Shown: positions 1 to 15,069 of the stretch, one piece after another
How the letters are laid out: each line of letters begins with the position of its first letter
Numbering within the stretch: position 1 is the stretch's first letter
Assembly (NCBI RefSeq): GCF_009834535.1
Contig: NC_045696.1
Span: forward strand, 85,190,001-85,254,000
Origin: Camelus ferus
Lineage: Eukaryota
Direction: 5' to 3'
Length of the DNA: 64,000 bases
Position numbers and translations under genes: made by a program
The notes under the pieces: generated by a model
What the model was told of the DNA's origin: nothing
Databases searched by the model: none
What the model saw: the letters and a program-made list of their open reading frames with translations, nothing else

Positions 1-2844
1 TTGTTCCTAAGGGTCCCTCCCCCAGAAGATAAAATTCGTGAGGTATTTCTTCTTAAGCATGCTTTAAAATACTATTTAAATCATGGAGAAAAGCAAATTA
101 AAACTACTAGCTTTCTAAATCCTATTTTATGTAGAATCAAAACATAAACAATTCAAAACCAAACAATTAACATCACATGTAACTCACAAAATATACTCTT
201 ATTTACCCAATATAATCATTCAAAACATATGCTTTCCAGATTCCTTTTTTTTTTTCCAAAAGAAAGCATTATCCTGCTTTCTTCCCTGATGCAGTAGATG
301 GTAGTCCTAAACATGGAACAATGATTTGTTTGATTGTACATCACCCATCTACGTGTGTTAACCACAAGAGCTTCTCAATTCCCAAATACAAATCACAGAT
401 TTGGACATGTTGGCCTGTGGGAGAAACCATACACATGCTGCAGTGACTTCAGTGTTTCTTTATAGGTTTTTACAAAAGTTTGTCACAACAGTAATGTTTA
501 CATTTAAATTATAACCCCCAAACCCAAGTGAACACTCTAGAAGGAACCAGTTCTTTGGGGCTTTGCCTTGATCTATTTATTTCACAGGATGACTAACAAC
601 ATTTTGAGAAGCCTGCAAGGACCAAATAAAAATAAAAAGCCATCTTAGCACAACCCAGACATACCCTTCCATAACTGTAGATCATTGTAACAAAGCAAAA
701 GTTCCTTGCACTGTTCCTTCCCTCAGGCCTCTCACCTTTTAAAAAAGAGCCAACAAGCTACAATGTGTTCAGTGTTGCCCATTTTGACATTTGTAATTTG
801 GAAATACTTTCATCTACTGATATGAGAAAAAAAATTAAGCAAAACTTAAAGAGATATTTGTGAAATTAAAAAAAAACACATTATTTAAGTGGCAGTGGTG
901 TCTTATGACCTTCATAAAAAATATTCATACTTAGTTAGCGTATGACCCCAGAGCTTTCCTTTGGGCTGCAGTAAGAACTTCTCATGTTCTGAAATGCCTA
1001 CGATGGTTATCCATCCACTGAAGAATTCATTCTTAACCCAATAATTTACCCTAACAGCAATAAATATTGTGGCATGGCCAAGCAGAGAGAAACATTATTT
1101 TCTCACTGTTTTTAATGATGTTCTTATTAAAATGAAATGTAATAAATTTCTTATTATATATGAAAATGTATACATTCGTATATGTATATAAATGACAGAA
1201 TGTTCTATAGTTTCTAGTGTTTCAAGCTGAACAAAGGTGTAGATTCTCACTGATTTCCCAGTTAAACTAATCAGTTAATGATTCACTAAGAATTTTAACT
1301 TTAAAGTAGCCGTATTATTAAAAGATAGGCACTTTCTGCAATCTTCCTGTAGAATACAAGAATTTATCCCTAATTAAGTTTACATTTTGTCCTATAGTCA
1401 TATCTCTTTTAAATTAATGACATGTTGAAACACTGTAGAAAGGCATGTAACATAAACTGATATAAATATTGACATTAATTATTTTTATTCTATATTTTCA
1501 TAACTCATGATCTATAAGGTCTCATTACATAATAATTTAATAATGTTTACTATACAAATATAGCCTTCAATTCTAGTTTAATTTAGTTAATTTATATTTA
1601 ACATTTAAGTTTTACTAAGAAAAGAGAAACAGACTCCAGGATGAACTAAGATTTGTACTTTTGCCATGGTAAATTTTATAAAAATAACCTGCTTTACAAT
1701 AGATAATATTTTATATTCATGTGTAACAAAACTTTTTGTCTACCAAATTACATTTTTTGCCAGAAAAGGAGCATTATTTCACATAAAGCTCTCAGATTAT
1801 GAATGCCTTATAATGGAGAGTCTTAAATAAGTATATTTTTCTATTTCTGTTTATCAGGAATATGCCTTTCCTCTTGTAGAACTCAAATTCCAGTACAGAA
1901 AAGCATATTTCATAGTAATATATGTGTGGTTCAGTTCTTTCGTGGCAGGAGATTCTTCCTGAAAGGGGTTTAGATACCTTGTTATGCACATTTTCTTTCT
2001 CCAGCCATTATGCTGTCATTTTATATATAATTGAGTAATTAGAAAGTACGGTATATTAGATGACTCCTTTTTTTAAGTGCTTAGAGACTAGAAATATTTC
2101 ACCAACTTTAAAGTGAACTAGACGAGGCACTAATCCCGTAATACGTCTTTCAAGTAGCAGTAAGTAGTGCAGGAAGTGAAGTCAGCAGTGTTCTCACTCC
2201 TGCGCAAAGAACTTTTCTTTGTTTAATGTGATCAGTCCCTGTCATGAACTTCCTCCTATCTATTGTTTAAGCAATGAGAATTAAAAAATCATTAAAAAGG
2301 AAAACTAGAGAGCAGTAAACAGTCTTAAAATAAAAAGTGGAGAGTCACTCTGCAGCAAGCTGTTTTCTTCAAGTCCCTTTTTTACTTCCAGATACAATAG
2401 TAAGAGACTCAAAATGAGAAATTGCAAATAAGTAACCAAGGAGGACCTCCTCTTGATTCCCCCTCCAGCTGCAGTGCTTGTGGAGGTTAAGGGCCCCATG
2501 TCACTGGGCACTCATTCCATAAACCTCTAGGAGTCACACACTATGTCACAACTATAGCTTATTGTGCAGCTTTCCTTGAGGGATGCTGTATTAGTAACTT
2601 TTCAGCTGCCTAAAGTCTAAATCATGAGTTTCAATATCGTTCATCTACTTCATCCAGATTTACTCCAAAATTAATACAAAATTCATAACTTTTTAAACTG
2701 GTCACCTCACAAAAATGCCTTGTTTAAATTCTAATGGTATTCTATTAATTTAGGGAGACAACTATAAATCAAAGAATAAAAGTCTTTATGAATCATATAT
2801 TCTGTCTCTATCGACTAATCAATTTTTTAATTGCCAATAATCAT

Positions 2845-2935
2845 CATCAATAGCTGCTATTATTTATTGGGAACCATGATAGTAAACATGTACATGCATG
2901 TTGTCATTTAATTCTTTAAATAAATTCATGAGATA
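2845..2935 (-). mobile_element. MIR fragment
   Basis: TATTTATTG...ACATGCATGTTGTCATTTAATTCT...ATGAGAT resembles the reverse MIR core. Confidence 0.5.
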
Positions 2936-2989
2936 AATCCAATAAATTAAAGCCTGCAAACATTTATGTGCAATTATGGTGTCTTATGT

Positions 2990-3340
2990 GATTGAATCTG
3001 TGTGAGCAAAGAGAAAGGAGAGCAGATGAGGTAGAGATGAGGTCAGAGGAGTGGCTGCTGCCTTAGAAACAGCCAAGTCTGAACAAGAGTGAAGTAGAAA
3101 GATCACAGAGAAGGCTCTTGACATGATCCAAGTGAAAGATGATGATTGCAGGGACACGTGATAAAAGTGAGCAGACACTGGAGGAAATGCTTTGAACTTG
3201 TTTCCTACAAGGATTACTTATAACTTATATTTGGAGTGTGAGAGAAGGGTCAACGATAACTATTTTTGCCCTCAAATATGGAAGGATGGAATTGCCTTTA
3301 AACTAGGGAAAGACAGCCAAAGAAACAGTGTGAAGACATG
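2990..3340 (-). mobile_element. L2 fragment
   Basis: Purine-rich ATCCAAGTGAAAGATGATG...GGAAGGATGGAATTGCC resembles antisense L2. Confidence 0.55.
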
Positions 3341-3519
3341 ACTGTGTCTGAAGTTCCGAGCCCTAAAGACTGGAGCTGCTAATGTTTGCTGCAAATTGGA
3401 GAAAGCTTCCTGGAAGTGAAAGCAACAGAGAAGAGAGCAGAAGTGTGAGATGGACAGGGAAAAACCAACCAGCCTTCACAAAAATCACAAAATTCTCTTC
3501 CACTGGTCTCTCCCTTCTT

Positions 3520-3915
3520 AGGGTCCAGTCACATCCACCTGCTTTCCTTTTTTCCAACAGGTGAATCTGTCTCACTTAAGGCTTTCTCATCTGCCTGAAG
3601 TTTTCCCCCACTTCCTTTGACCAATTTTTGCTCACTCTTCAATTATTAGCATGAATATTAACTCCCAAGAGCTGTTTCCTGACGGCTCAGTTGACCAGTC
3701 TGTTATCTGTTACTCTCACCTCCTTTGCCTTCAAGTATATGCACACGTATGCACACACAGGCATACATGGATATACAACATGTTATATTTACATGTATAT
3801 GCTTACCTATGAATATATTTTTTATTATATGCTTGTTCATTCAATTTTATGACTATGAACTGTCAAAAATTAGGATTTACTGCTATATTTTCAGAAATTA
3901 GCACAGCCCTTGCTG
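3520..3915 (+). mobile_element. Degenerate L2 3' region
   Basis: Pyrimidine-rich, ending GACTATGAACTGTC...TAGCACAGCCCTTG like the L2 tail. Confidence 0.4.
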
Positions 3916-6900
3916 ATATTCTGCTATTTGTTTAGCTCACCTTCCACTTCATTCTTTATTAAAGGAGCTAAATCTGGTCAACTAGACCTTGACACAACCA
4001 TCCCTTTTAAGATGACTCAGCATAACTCTGCTTTGATTTTATATATTAACAGTCTACCATTTTATTGTAGCAGGTAACTTTGTTTTCAATGTCTAGGTTT
4101 ATGAAAACAGCCATATCAGTCATTTGGAAGGTAGATACCTAATGCAAGCTGGTTCTATCATCTACACATTTAAGTGGCCTTTTTCAGTGTGACTAAAAGC
4201 TTCAATACATTTTCTTCACTCTAGCCTTCTGGATGGATATTGTACAACTTGGGGTGAATAAATATGTCTACAATACAAATACTTTAAAGTCCAAAGCATG
4301 ACTAAATCCTTACTGGGAAAATTGCCTAATTTACCACTAGTCACAGTGACTTTTCTCTAATGCAACCCTGCTGATTAATCCAAGATTTAAAAAATTAGGA
4401 GGTTCTATTTAGTTGATTCTAAGGTTCTGTTTCTGAGTAAGGAGAAAATTATATTCAATTTCTTTTTATTGGTAACTATTTCATCCTTAGTTCTTTGAGC
4501 ACTGGAGGATCATTTCAAATGATAATATCGCTATCCTCAGATAATTACAATTTTCAATGCAGGAGAGCATTCCTTTCTCTATCTTGTCCCCACACTAGCC
4601 AACTATTGGGAATTCATTCAGTTAGTGTTAATAATTATATCATAATCATAAGCCCAAAATAAGCTATATAGGAAATATAAGGAGGAGTAAGATGGACTCT
4701 TAAATCTGACTTTTATATGGTAAATTGATAATTATATTTATATGCTAATGTTGAAAGGAAAATGGGAAATAGGAGAACAATTTATTGAAGTAAAAGTATC
4801 AAAGTGTTGAATGAGTTAACTGTCCTGGGAGAAAAAAAAAGGTAAATTATAATAATTATAATTAAGGTGTGTGGGAAACTTTAACAATGATTATTTTATT
4901 TAGCCATTCCACAGTATGCCTCTCTTTTCTTGTATTCAGAAAGAATGTATACAATGAAAACTAACACAGAAAGCTATTGGTACAAGTGAGGTGAGCTCCT
5001 GCCTAAGGACCAGCACTAGAAAATTCTTTCGCTTTGGTTTCTCTTGATAAAAGAAATAATCCTTGCTTTTTTCTCTGGAAGCACTTATGTTTAAATAGAA
5101 TTTTTTCTTTATTATTTTAGCACTCATAGAACTTATTTCTAAATTATGTCAAACCACATTTACCTCTTTATAGGTAAAAAAGTTTATTAGTATAATATAA
5201 TTCATTTTATATAAGTGTCTTAGGTTCACATTTGTGAACAGTCATTCAGGATCACACTCTGTATTGTTTACTAGATTGGCTGACTACAAAAATATTCTGT
5301 AGTTTGGAAATAAAAATTCATTTGTTTCCTTGACAGCTCTTTTTTAGTAGAAGAAAGAAAATTTTGTTAGACTGAAAGGTCTAGTTGTTCAGGTTTAATA
5401 TTCAAAATATTAATGCTAACAGAAATGTAAGATATAACTTGATTCACAATTTTTAATTAATATAAGATGATAGTACTTGTGTGTTATCAATTTTTTCCAT
5501 AGATAGAAGCATAATTTGAGATCACTGATATGTAAGATGTTAGTCTTATTTGGGTTTGATAAATGAAGCAATAAAGCCAAATTAATAAATTTGAAGATAT
5601 TTATGTAATTTAGGTTATCTACAGAGTCCATCTTTGAAAGTATTTATCCTTTGTCTCTGACCTAGGTTTACAGATATGAATTCTCCCCAGATTTCCTGCC
5701 TTCGGCTTGGTAACCTGATTCCAGACACGCAGAAGCATGGCCAGATGAGACAACAGAAAGTTCACTGCTTCTGCTTCCTCCCCTTCCGGTTCCACATGCC
5801 CCCAACATCGACACTAGTACTTTATTATAAAATCTCCGCTACAAGATCCTTAATAAAAAATAAAATTTCATTTACATCTTATTCAAAAATGTTCCAGGAG
5901 AGCTGACTTCATATCAAAATACACGGTCCAAATCTTAGGTTGGCAACATACTTTGAACCAATACACTTACAATTCTGTGTTACAGCAGAATTCGAGAACC
6001 GCTCTAGTAGTGCACCCAGAACAATACCTACTATTCCTGACCCCGCCTCTTACTCCCTCTATCCTAAATTACAGGGCTCCCTTCTTCACTTGGTAACCTG
6101 ATTGCCTTAGTTCCGAGATGCTCGCTCAATAAGGTCTGTGCGTGCTGCCAGGGACATGCTTACATTTCGCTCTCCTCTTTCCCTAGTGCCTTGCATGTAG
6201 TCGGTGATGACTAAGAATGTTAAATGATTCCCACAGCATAGTGGAGAGAAGAAACCTGGGGAATCTTAATGCAGTTACATCCACCTGAGAAAATGCTTTA
6301 AAAATTTTTGTGAAGATGAATATTTACGACAACTGTAATAGCCTAGTTTTGTGATAAAGGCTTGTAGAAACCACAGGTCCTGGCTCTCCCATGGTTTACC
6401 TCATGGAAATGGGATACCTGTTCTCATAACCTCTCTGCTCAGATCATTCCTGGGAAGGGCAGGCACAGGAAAGTACAATTTTTTTACTCAAAATCTACCA
6501 CTGTCAACTCTGTGCTACAAGTGTGGAAACAAAGGTGAACACTATGTCTCCACCTTCAAAGAGCTTATAGTTCAGTAGGATTGATAAAAGACAGCTTCAG
6601 TGCACACAAAATTTCCGGAGGTGATAAGCTGTATCAGTATTACAAAGAAAATGATGGTTTCCAACACCCTATTGTGACAATTTTACATTCCCGTGGGGAT
6701 GGCATGTTATGATGACAGAGACATGTAGAGTGTATCCATTTGCAAGAAGTGTTGTCCCTTTTTAAATTCAAAATAATGCTTGAAATTTGGTGACAAAAGT
6801 AGGGTTTTTTGCCTTTTATATCACTATTTACTATAGATTCAAACAGAGGAAAAGAGTTACTATGTCACTGGTGTATTTATGAACATATAAAACTCAAGTT

Positions 6901-7581
6901 CCTAAGTAATGGCTCAGCCTTCACAATTATGGCTTTTTAACATATGGATCATGACTGATTTCATCTTAATTGATATGACAATTTCCTTTACACTCTGTAG
7001 TGACATTTGGCATTGTGGTTTTATTCAGAATGAATAACTCAAATATCTGACATCTTAATTTGGAGACATCTGTCAGTTGAAACTAGATCTGATCATTGAT
7101 TTTTCGGCATCAAAATATTTAGAACTTATAGTGATAGAATGTAAAATAATCTCTGAAATACTTGAACAGTTTTCTGTACATTATATATTCATACCAAAAA
7201 GAATATACTATGTCAGCATGGATAGTATATTATAAATCTTTTTTTCTTATTTATGTTGACTACATAATAAAATGTATTAACCAGCATGCTGTGTTAAAAG
7301 AACACACTTTTCCTCTCTTTGAATAGCAAGTAACTTTTTGATTCTCTTTTAATGAAACAAGATAAAATGGACGCTCCTTTTGGCTAGTTTCTGAACATTT
7401 TGTGGTTCAGTTACTATAATATGTGATGTTTGATCTACAAGTAAATATTTTTATGACTATTGACAGTAATGTAGTCTGTGATTTTTTTTTTACCAAGATT
7501 CAAAATAGCACATTATTGAAATTAGCAGTAGGAGTGGTTAACAAAAATGACATCAAGGAGTCTCAACTAAACTAGGGGTTA

Positions 7582-7789
7582 AAATTTCCAGTCATAAAAT
7601 AAGTAAGTCACAGGGATGTCATGTGGAGTGAAAGGAACATAGTCAACAATATTGTAATAGGTTTACATGTGACAGATGGTTGCCAGGCTTATTGTGGTAA
7701 TTATTTCATAAAGTATATAAATGTTGAACCATGTTGTATACATGAAACCAATACTGTATATCAACTATAGTCAGCAAAAAATAAAAAAA
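7582..7789 (+). mobile_element. 5'-truncated L1 3' end with target-site duplication
   Basis: L1 3'UTR motifs and A-rich tail, flanked by TAAACTAGGGGTTA (7568-7581) and TAAACTAGAGGTTA (7790-7803). Confidence 0.85.
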
Positions 7790-8379
7790 TAAACTAGAGG
7801 TTATGTCAGAATGATCTAAGGAGATTATTTTAACTGACTATTTCCCCATCCAACAGTGTTTTTTGTTTTTTTGTTTTTTACACACACACTCTATTCCTTG
7901 TCCCTTTTCAGTCACTGTTTTAGTCACCACTCTTAGTGACAGGAGCACATTTGGTTACTTAAGTTTGTGGAGGGGCAGCCAAGCAGTTGAGAACCATTCT
8001 AATACATTAAAAAGAATTTCATATTTAGTAAAAACAAGTCATTCTTTTTGATGTCATCATATTTAGGCACTTTTCATAGACAATGAAAGTAGACAAAAAT
8101 TATTTCTATCTCATTCCAGAAACTGATTTTATAGATAAAATGTATTTGTATTTGTACTCACCCTTTGTCCTGGCAGATGTTGGCTGTTAGAAGAGGATAT
8201 ACACTGGAATCGTGTTTTAAGATTTACTGTGAGCTTGGTCAATTTTAATTACTAGGGTTGGACATAAACATAGAAGGGTTGGTGTGAGGCCAATGACCCT
8301 GCATTTTCCACTGACACTGATGTAAATGGTTCATGGCTCCAACTTGGAGAAACATCACCATGGGGGTTGAGTTCAAGGT

Positions 8380-8600
8380 CTTCAGAGTCGTACCATCTAA
8401 TTTTGAACCCTGGGTTTGCCATTTTTTGGTTGGGCCCCTTAGACACTACTTATTGTAGCTAAGTCTCCCTTTTCTTACCTGCAAACAAGGGACAATGACG
8501 ATGCTTATCTCTTGGAGTGTGGTGAAGATGTAATGAAGTGACACGTGCAAAGCATTTAGCTCAGAGGCTGACACTAGGAGAGAGCAATTAAGTTCTGCTC
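8380..8600 (+). mobile_element. MIR
   Basis: TTTGAACCCTGG...CTTACCTGCAAACAAGGGACAATGA...GTGAAGATGTAATGA...AAAGCATTTAGC; followed by an (ATC)n tract. Confidence 0.8.
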
Positions 8601-9007
8601 TCCCCTTCATCATCGTCATCATCATCATCATCATCTCCCAGATGGAGTATAGCACTCGGTACTAACCAACTCAGAGGAAGCTTCCCTTAATGCTTACCAT
8701 TTCTTTTAATAATGTATTATTCAGAATGTCATTTAATTTGCTTTCATGTTTTGTTTGAGTTTTGTTTTGGTTTTGGGTTGATGGTTTTGTTTTCCAAAGA
8801 CATAAAATCTTTATAGCTATTTTTCTAAAGCAATTTGCATTTTTGTAAATGTTGCAGGTTGTCAAGTCATTTTAGGTGGGCAAAAAATGAAATATCAAAT
8901 TATACCCAGCTGGAAAATCCAGCTGATGTCTAGAAAGACTGAGTAATTTGTTAATTTTCAGAAGTGAATTTATATTTCCCTTCTTATGATAAAAGCAAAC
9001 ATCCCAA

Positions 9008-9444
9008 CACTATGCTAAGTGACATACGTCAGACAGAAAAAGTTAAACACTGTATGGTTTCACTAATATGTGGAGTCTGAAAAGCTAAATTCATAGAAAC
9101 AGAGAGGAGAATGGTAGTTGCCAGGGGCTGGCACTGGCAAAAATGGGGAGATGTTGGTCCAAAGGTACAAACTTCTGATTCTAAGGTGAATAAGTTCCAG
9201 TGAATTAAGGAACAGAATGGTGATTAGAGTTAACAATATTGTATTATGTACTTGAAAGTTGCTTAGAAAATAGATCTTAAATGTTCTCACCATGCATACA
9301 CACAAAAGTGGTAACTATGTGATGGAAAGTGTTAACTAATTTTTTGGTAATTATTTCACAATCTATACTTGTATCAAATCACCATGCTGTTCACCTTTAA
9401 CTTACAGTGTCATATTTCAGTTCTATCTCCATTAAGTTGGGGGG
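9008..9444 (+). mobile_element. L1 3' end (L1MA9-like) with 17-bp TSD
   Basis: ATGCTAAGTGA...GGTAGTTGCCAGGGGCTGG...AAAGGTACAAACTT; flanked by AAAAGCAAACATCCCAA (8991-9007) and AAAAGCAAACATTCCAA (9445-9461). Confidence 0.9.
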
Positions 9445-11389
9445 AAAAGCAAACATTCCAAGTATCCCAAGAGTGGTAGAGCCATTTCTACAGAGAGGAC
9501 CCAATAGACAGCTCTTTACTCACCTGTCACACCACACATGAGAGGCAACTGTTAATAGGAGAGACACCTCATCACTTAGCCGAACAGCATCTGTCCAGCA
9601 GGCTGGTCTGCCATTAAGGCTATCGGTCCCAGGGAAAGATGTCTGCCTTCAAATCAACAAGAGGGTGAAGCTGTGTTCAAGATGAATGCTCCACAGGGAT
9701 ATTGATCACATAACATGCAACTAAGTGTCATACTGTTTCTAGGGGCTTGTTTCATTAAATGTTCTAGGCTTTTCACCCAGTTTTTCTACTCTGAGAGCGT
9801 TCACTTGCACAACACACTCTCACAAATAACACTCCAAAGGCAGAGGCAGGACACACACTCCCACCACCAACACCCCCACATGATTTGTGACAAGGGATCC
9901 TTTTAGACCTACGCTTAAGCCTGGATATTCTGATATTTTCTAAATTGGGTCTTCCCTCACTTTTGTCCCTACCCTCTTGTCCCTCTTGCGCGCCATATTC
10001 TATAACAGTTATCTGAAGCTTCCTAAGGTGATGAAAGTGTTCTCTATCTCAATTGAGGTGTTGTCTTATGGTGTATGTGCTGGATAAAATTTATCTAACT
10101 ATATGGTTAAAATCTATGCCTAAGATCTCTATGCATACATTTTCCTCAAGTAAAAATAGAATGAACTCTATCGGTATATTTCACTTGCATTTGAAGATAG
10201 AGTTTTACACTGGTCATTTCTTTTTCCTTAACACGGAGATATAAATTCTATGTCTACCCCTTCTAGTTCAATCAAAAAGGATTAACCTTGGAGTCTAGAA
10301 TGTGTGGCAACATTGTCACCTAGTAGCAGAATATTACCAATCTAAGAATGAGATTTACTAGGAAAATTGCAATACTTAATTGAAAGCAATGGAAAAATCA
10401 CAGCTTCTCGATGGTACCCCTACTTTTAGTTACCATAGTTCCAAATTTGTTGCATCTTGAGACCAATGCAGGGTTTTAATCTATGAAGAGTATCAAGGAA
10501 TTGAAACATCTTTCACCACTCTCAAAATTCCTAACGGATTGCAAAAAAAAAAAAAAAAGGACAAAAAAGGACAAAATGTCAACTTCTCCAGGTACATTGG
10601 TGGATACAGTTTAACTAATAGTCACATGGACTGGCCCTCAGTCCCGGCCTGGGGAAGCCCAGCTGAGGAAGGGGTTAAGCCTGCAGAGCAAGTACTCATT
10701 TGTTCCCTGATGGAGGAGGAAGAGGAGACAAAATCCCGTGTTTACACCTTTTGGTAGATTAGCTCAAACAGAAAAATGCGTAACAATGGCTTTTACCCAG
10801 CAACCAGATAACTGGCTACTCCTGTGAGAGTAGTAGTAAAGGGTGAAGGAAGAGAAAAGAAGTGCTTTGAGAATATTAAAACCAGGAGTGTGAAGGAGGA
10901 TCATTTCCTATTTAACAAAGAGCTTAAAGACATTCACAGAAAATGTGAGAAGTCAGGATGAACTGTAGGCATCTCCCGCCGCTGTTCTGGACCTGAGGTA
11001 ATGTAGATCACTATCATTGGATTTTGGTGATTCATAAATTCATCCAAAGGATCCTTTGCAGACATAGATAGACTTTTTAAGGTGTCACTACAGTACAAAA
11101 ACATCAACATGAAAAATCAATAAAATTATAAAGGGCATCCATCAGGTACTGCTTGGTTAAAAGGGTATTTGTCAATCTCTGGGTATTATTTCCCAAACCG
11201 TGTTAAAAGAGCTCACGTGGCTATCTGCTGCTGGAGTTAAGGGTAAATGCAAGGACTTCTGTAAGTCTGATAGGATTATTATACTTGGAGGGAGGAAGGT
11301 GTAGAGAGAAAAATTAGTCACAGGGGAGGACACGGAAGCCTGCGTGTAGGTGTAACATTGGACTAATGAAACCTCTGGGGGTCTAGTTG

Positions 11390-11835
11390 CCTGTCTAAAC
11401 TCTCCAATGGCTTCTCACTTCACTCAGGGTAAAACCCAAACCCTGCTAATGGCCTACGAGGTTCTATGTGATAAGAACTCCCATACCTTTGTGCCCTCAC
11501 CTACAGCTACCTACCTCTTTGTTCCTTCCACTCCAAGTGCACCTGCCTCTTTGATTTTCCTCAGGACCCCATCTCAGACTGTATCTGTTTAGCTCATACC
11601 TTTACTTCCTTCAAGAGGTTTTTAAATGTCACCTTGTCTCAGTGAAGACTATCCAATAATTAACTCAACTCCTCTGGACCTCCTTGCCCTGTTACTTGTT
11701 TTCCCTGGGACTTAACACCTATGGCTGCTTAATATGCATATTTATTATGTTAGAGTTTGATTCCCCTGCCTGGAATATTAACTCCATAAGAGAAGGTATT
11801 TTTGTCTCTCCTGCTGTATCTGATGCATGAATGAG
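11390..11835 (+). mobile_element. L2 3' region
   Basis: CTCCAATGGCTTCTCACTTCACTCAGGGTAAAACCCAAA...GGAATATTAACTCCATAAGAGAAGG. Confidence 0.75.
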
Positions 11836-12829
11836 TAGCCTCACGTAGGAAGACTAAAGCAAAGGGCATTCAGGATTTCCTGATGCTGCGAGATGCATAT
11901 CTTCTGTCTGCCGCAGTCTGTTATCCTCCTGACACACACCGCCAGCCAGCTGAGCCGCAAGGAACCATCCTCAAGCACAGCCTTGTTGTTAGGTGTTGTT
12001 CCGGGAGACCACTCCAAACACCTTACTGCTTCGCTGTCTCTCTGGTCCCTGACTTCAGTTTCTGGTCCCTTCATTTGATAAGTGATTTGGCCTTCAGATG
12101 GACTTTTTGCCCTTCCATCTAAGGCTCTATATTCCATCCTTGCCCACTGTCCATCCAGAATCACCTCTGTCCTCCTGCCCAAAGGAGGGGAAATAGCTGC
12201 CTGCTTCACTTTTACATTATTAAAATACGCAGCCCTCAGGGGAGTAATTTGCCACCTACAATTTTGTATGTATAGCTATGCCTGCCATTTTAAAAATCCG
12301 AGATAGAATGTGCAGAACACAAAAAGGAAAGGATTTTTTTTCATTTTTCTTCATTTTAATCATATTATTTTCTGCTTCTCAGTTGATTTCCTCTACTCTC
12401 TATTGAGTTATTTTATTTGCTGCTTGCCTTGGGGAGTCTCTTTCCAGACAGCATCCTAGGGGCCTATTTCTCATGCCTGGTGTCTCTGCATGTTAAATTT
12501 CAGAAGCAAGTGTGGGGTGCAGGCATCTGAAACACATCATCTGCCAAAAAGGTGCAGCAGTGAACACCGAGTGGAGGCCAGGGATGGAGCTGGGGTGGGG
12601 ACCGGAGCCAGGGTCGAACTGGCTCGTGATGCTGAGACGTGGTATAGACTTTAGGGAGCCAAGGAAAAGAGCCAGATACAGACTTTTCATCATATTGAGA
12701 TTTTAATTTCTGGGAACAAGAAAGGTTTATTTTTAATTCTTAATTTCATTGTGTGCTGGTGGTGTAAGACTTGAGAGAAAATTTTACTTCTGTTGTTTCC
12801 ATCTGGGGCCGGTAAAAGCTGTCTGTACT

Positions 12830-13454
12830 GAGTAGGGCTGGCAGACTTAAAGGTCCCTCTGCTCCCATGTCATGATCCCAGCAAACTGAGGGCCAGGCTT
12901 TTGTGTGGGACTCTCCCACGTGTGTAGATAGATGGGGTGACCTCCTTCTGATCAGTAGAATTTGGCACAGGTAGGTGATGGATGCCACTCCTGTGGTTAT
13001 GTTACATTAAATAGAACTCCATCTTGCTGGCAGACTTGCTTGGGAGACTCTTTGCCATTTTGATGAAGTACAGTGACATGCTGGGAAAGCCAACGTGACT
13101 AAGAACTGCAACGGCCTCTAGAACTGCGTCAGCCTCCAGCAGCTGAGAACGAAACCCAGCTTCTAGTCAGACAGAATCTGGGCACTCGATCCTCCAGCTG
13201 CAAAGATATGAATTCTGCCAAAAACCTGAGTGAACTTGGAAACAGTTTATTCCCCAGTCAAGCTTCCAGATAAGAACACAGCCTCAGTTGATCTTTACTG
13301 CAGCTTCATGAGGCTGCAGTTTTAAATTATTATATTATTATAAGCAAATAAGGCAGCTAAGATGGACCCACAGAAACTTCGAGCTAATAATTTTGTGTTA
13401 TTTTAAGCCTCTAAGTTTGTGGTATTTTGCTACACAGCAATAGATAACTAATAC
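12830..13454 (+). mobile_element. MLT1-family MaLR solo LTR
   Basis: GAATTCTGCCAAAAACCTGAGTGAACTTGGAA and the typical end TTTTAAGCCTCTAAGTTTGTGGTATTTTGCTACACAGCAATAGATAACTAATAC. Confidence 0.9.
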
Positions 13455-15069
13455 TAATAGATAATGAATAGGAATTTGCAATTCCTAATGGTTTCTCCAA
13501 TGCCAAAACACCTAAAGGATGCTGTCAGGTCAACAGCCCCACCTGTGATTTTTATCAAAGGCTATTTCCTCTGCTTTCCAAGACTGGAGAAATGCCAGTT
13601 CCTAAACTAAGAGATGTTGTGACCTTGGTGATCTTGCTTGAAAATTGATCCTGGCCAGTTAGATTTTGTTCATGCTGTTAACACTAAGTAGTGCCTTAAA
13701 TGTCTCACAAATTCTGGGAAGAGGATCAAGTTCAAGAGCAAAAGTGGATGTGTTCACTATAATATTCAACTCTATCTATATATGTGGTATTAATATTTTA
13801 TTTTTAACAATATAATTTTCAAAATAAAATGTAGCTAAATGTTAAGTGTAACTGTTTACAATCAGTATGAATTTACATTTATTCCTACCAAGTTGTATTG
13901 CTATTTCTATGTCATGCATATTCAAAAAAACCCCCAAAAATGTTGGTGATTAATCCACTTATGTTATTAAACACTCTCTAGTGAAAGATATTTAAATCTG
14001 AACTCTTCTGAATAAGAAGAAATAAAGACAGCATAGGGTCCCTGATTATGGTGAAGTATAAAAACATGTTAGCAGCAAAATTGGTGTTTAAAAATGGTAC
14101 ACAGAAAAATAAATTTGTAATTTTATTAGGGTTATCCTTGGTAGAAATCCAAAATCAAATTTCCTTAGTAGCAGTCATATAGTGTATATGATATATTTAG
14201 TGTTTTAAAGATAACAAGGATTGAGTAGTACCTGAGATAGCCAATGACAAGTACCTCTGACAAAGATATGAATAAGACACAATATCTTTCATCAAATATT
14301 TCACAACTAGAGGAATAAATATTACATAGCCCAGACCTGCTTTTGATTCAGACCTGCTTAAAGTTAATGTTGAAAACAATAGCCACATGCTTCAACTATC
14401 AGTAAATGAGAAACCCTTGAAAGAAATTTTGATCTTAGATCTTAAAGTATAACATTAGATAGACATTACTTTTTTAATAGAGAAAGAAAAGAAACATTAA
14501 CGAATATAATTGTCATAGTGAAATCTATACTTATTCTTATCTGAATTCTTAACTGAATTCTATTTCAGTTAATAAAATTTCCAAGTATCAGTCCTAAAAG
14601 ATTGAGTGTTTTCCTATCATAGTCCCAGAAATTTTTGATTTAGTACTTGAATACAATAAACATTTTTTTACAAGGAACTGATACTGTTAAACTATTTGTT
14701 GTAGACAATAAATATTGACTTACTTTAATTGCAAACTATGTCGCAGGAGGTTGGCAAGATTGGAATACATACAAGTTGCTCTGGGAGCATGGAAAAAGGG
14801 AGCCATGAGAAAATAATTAGAAGAGCAGGAGATTGTTCAGTTTTGTTTTGGAGAATAAGCATTAGTTGAAAAGCAGAGGCAAGATGGCAGAATTAAAGAC
14901 ACATAAATACGAAAGAATAGTATATTGAGGGCTGACACGTACCTTTAATTTAAATGTTTTATTGTCACATCTACTCAAGAAGCTTCCTTTCAACATTTGT
15001 GATTTGTGATACAAATGTTTTAGTATTAATCTTTCTCTAATAAACGATTTTTTATTTCAAAATAGATCT

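Noticed and set aside
5706..6103. 15-bp repeat CTTGGTAACCTGATT ~380 bp apart
   Set aside because: Similarity does not extend and no element is evident between the copies.
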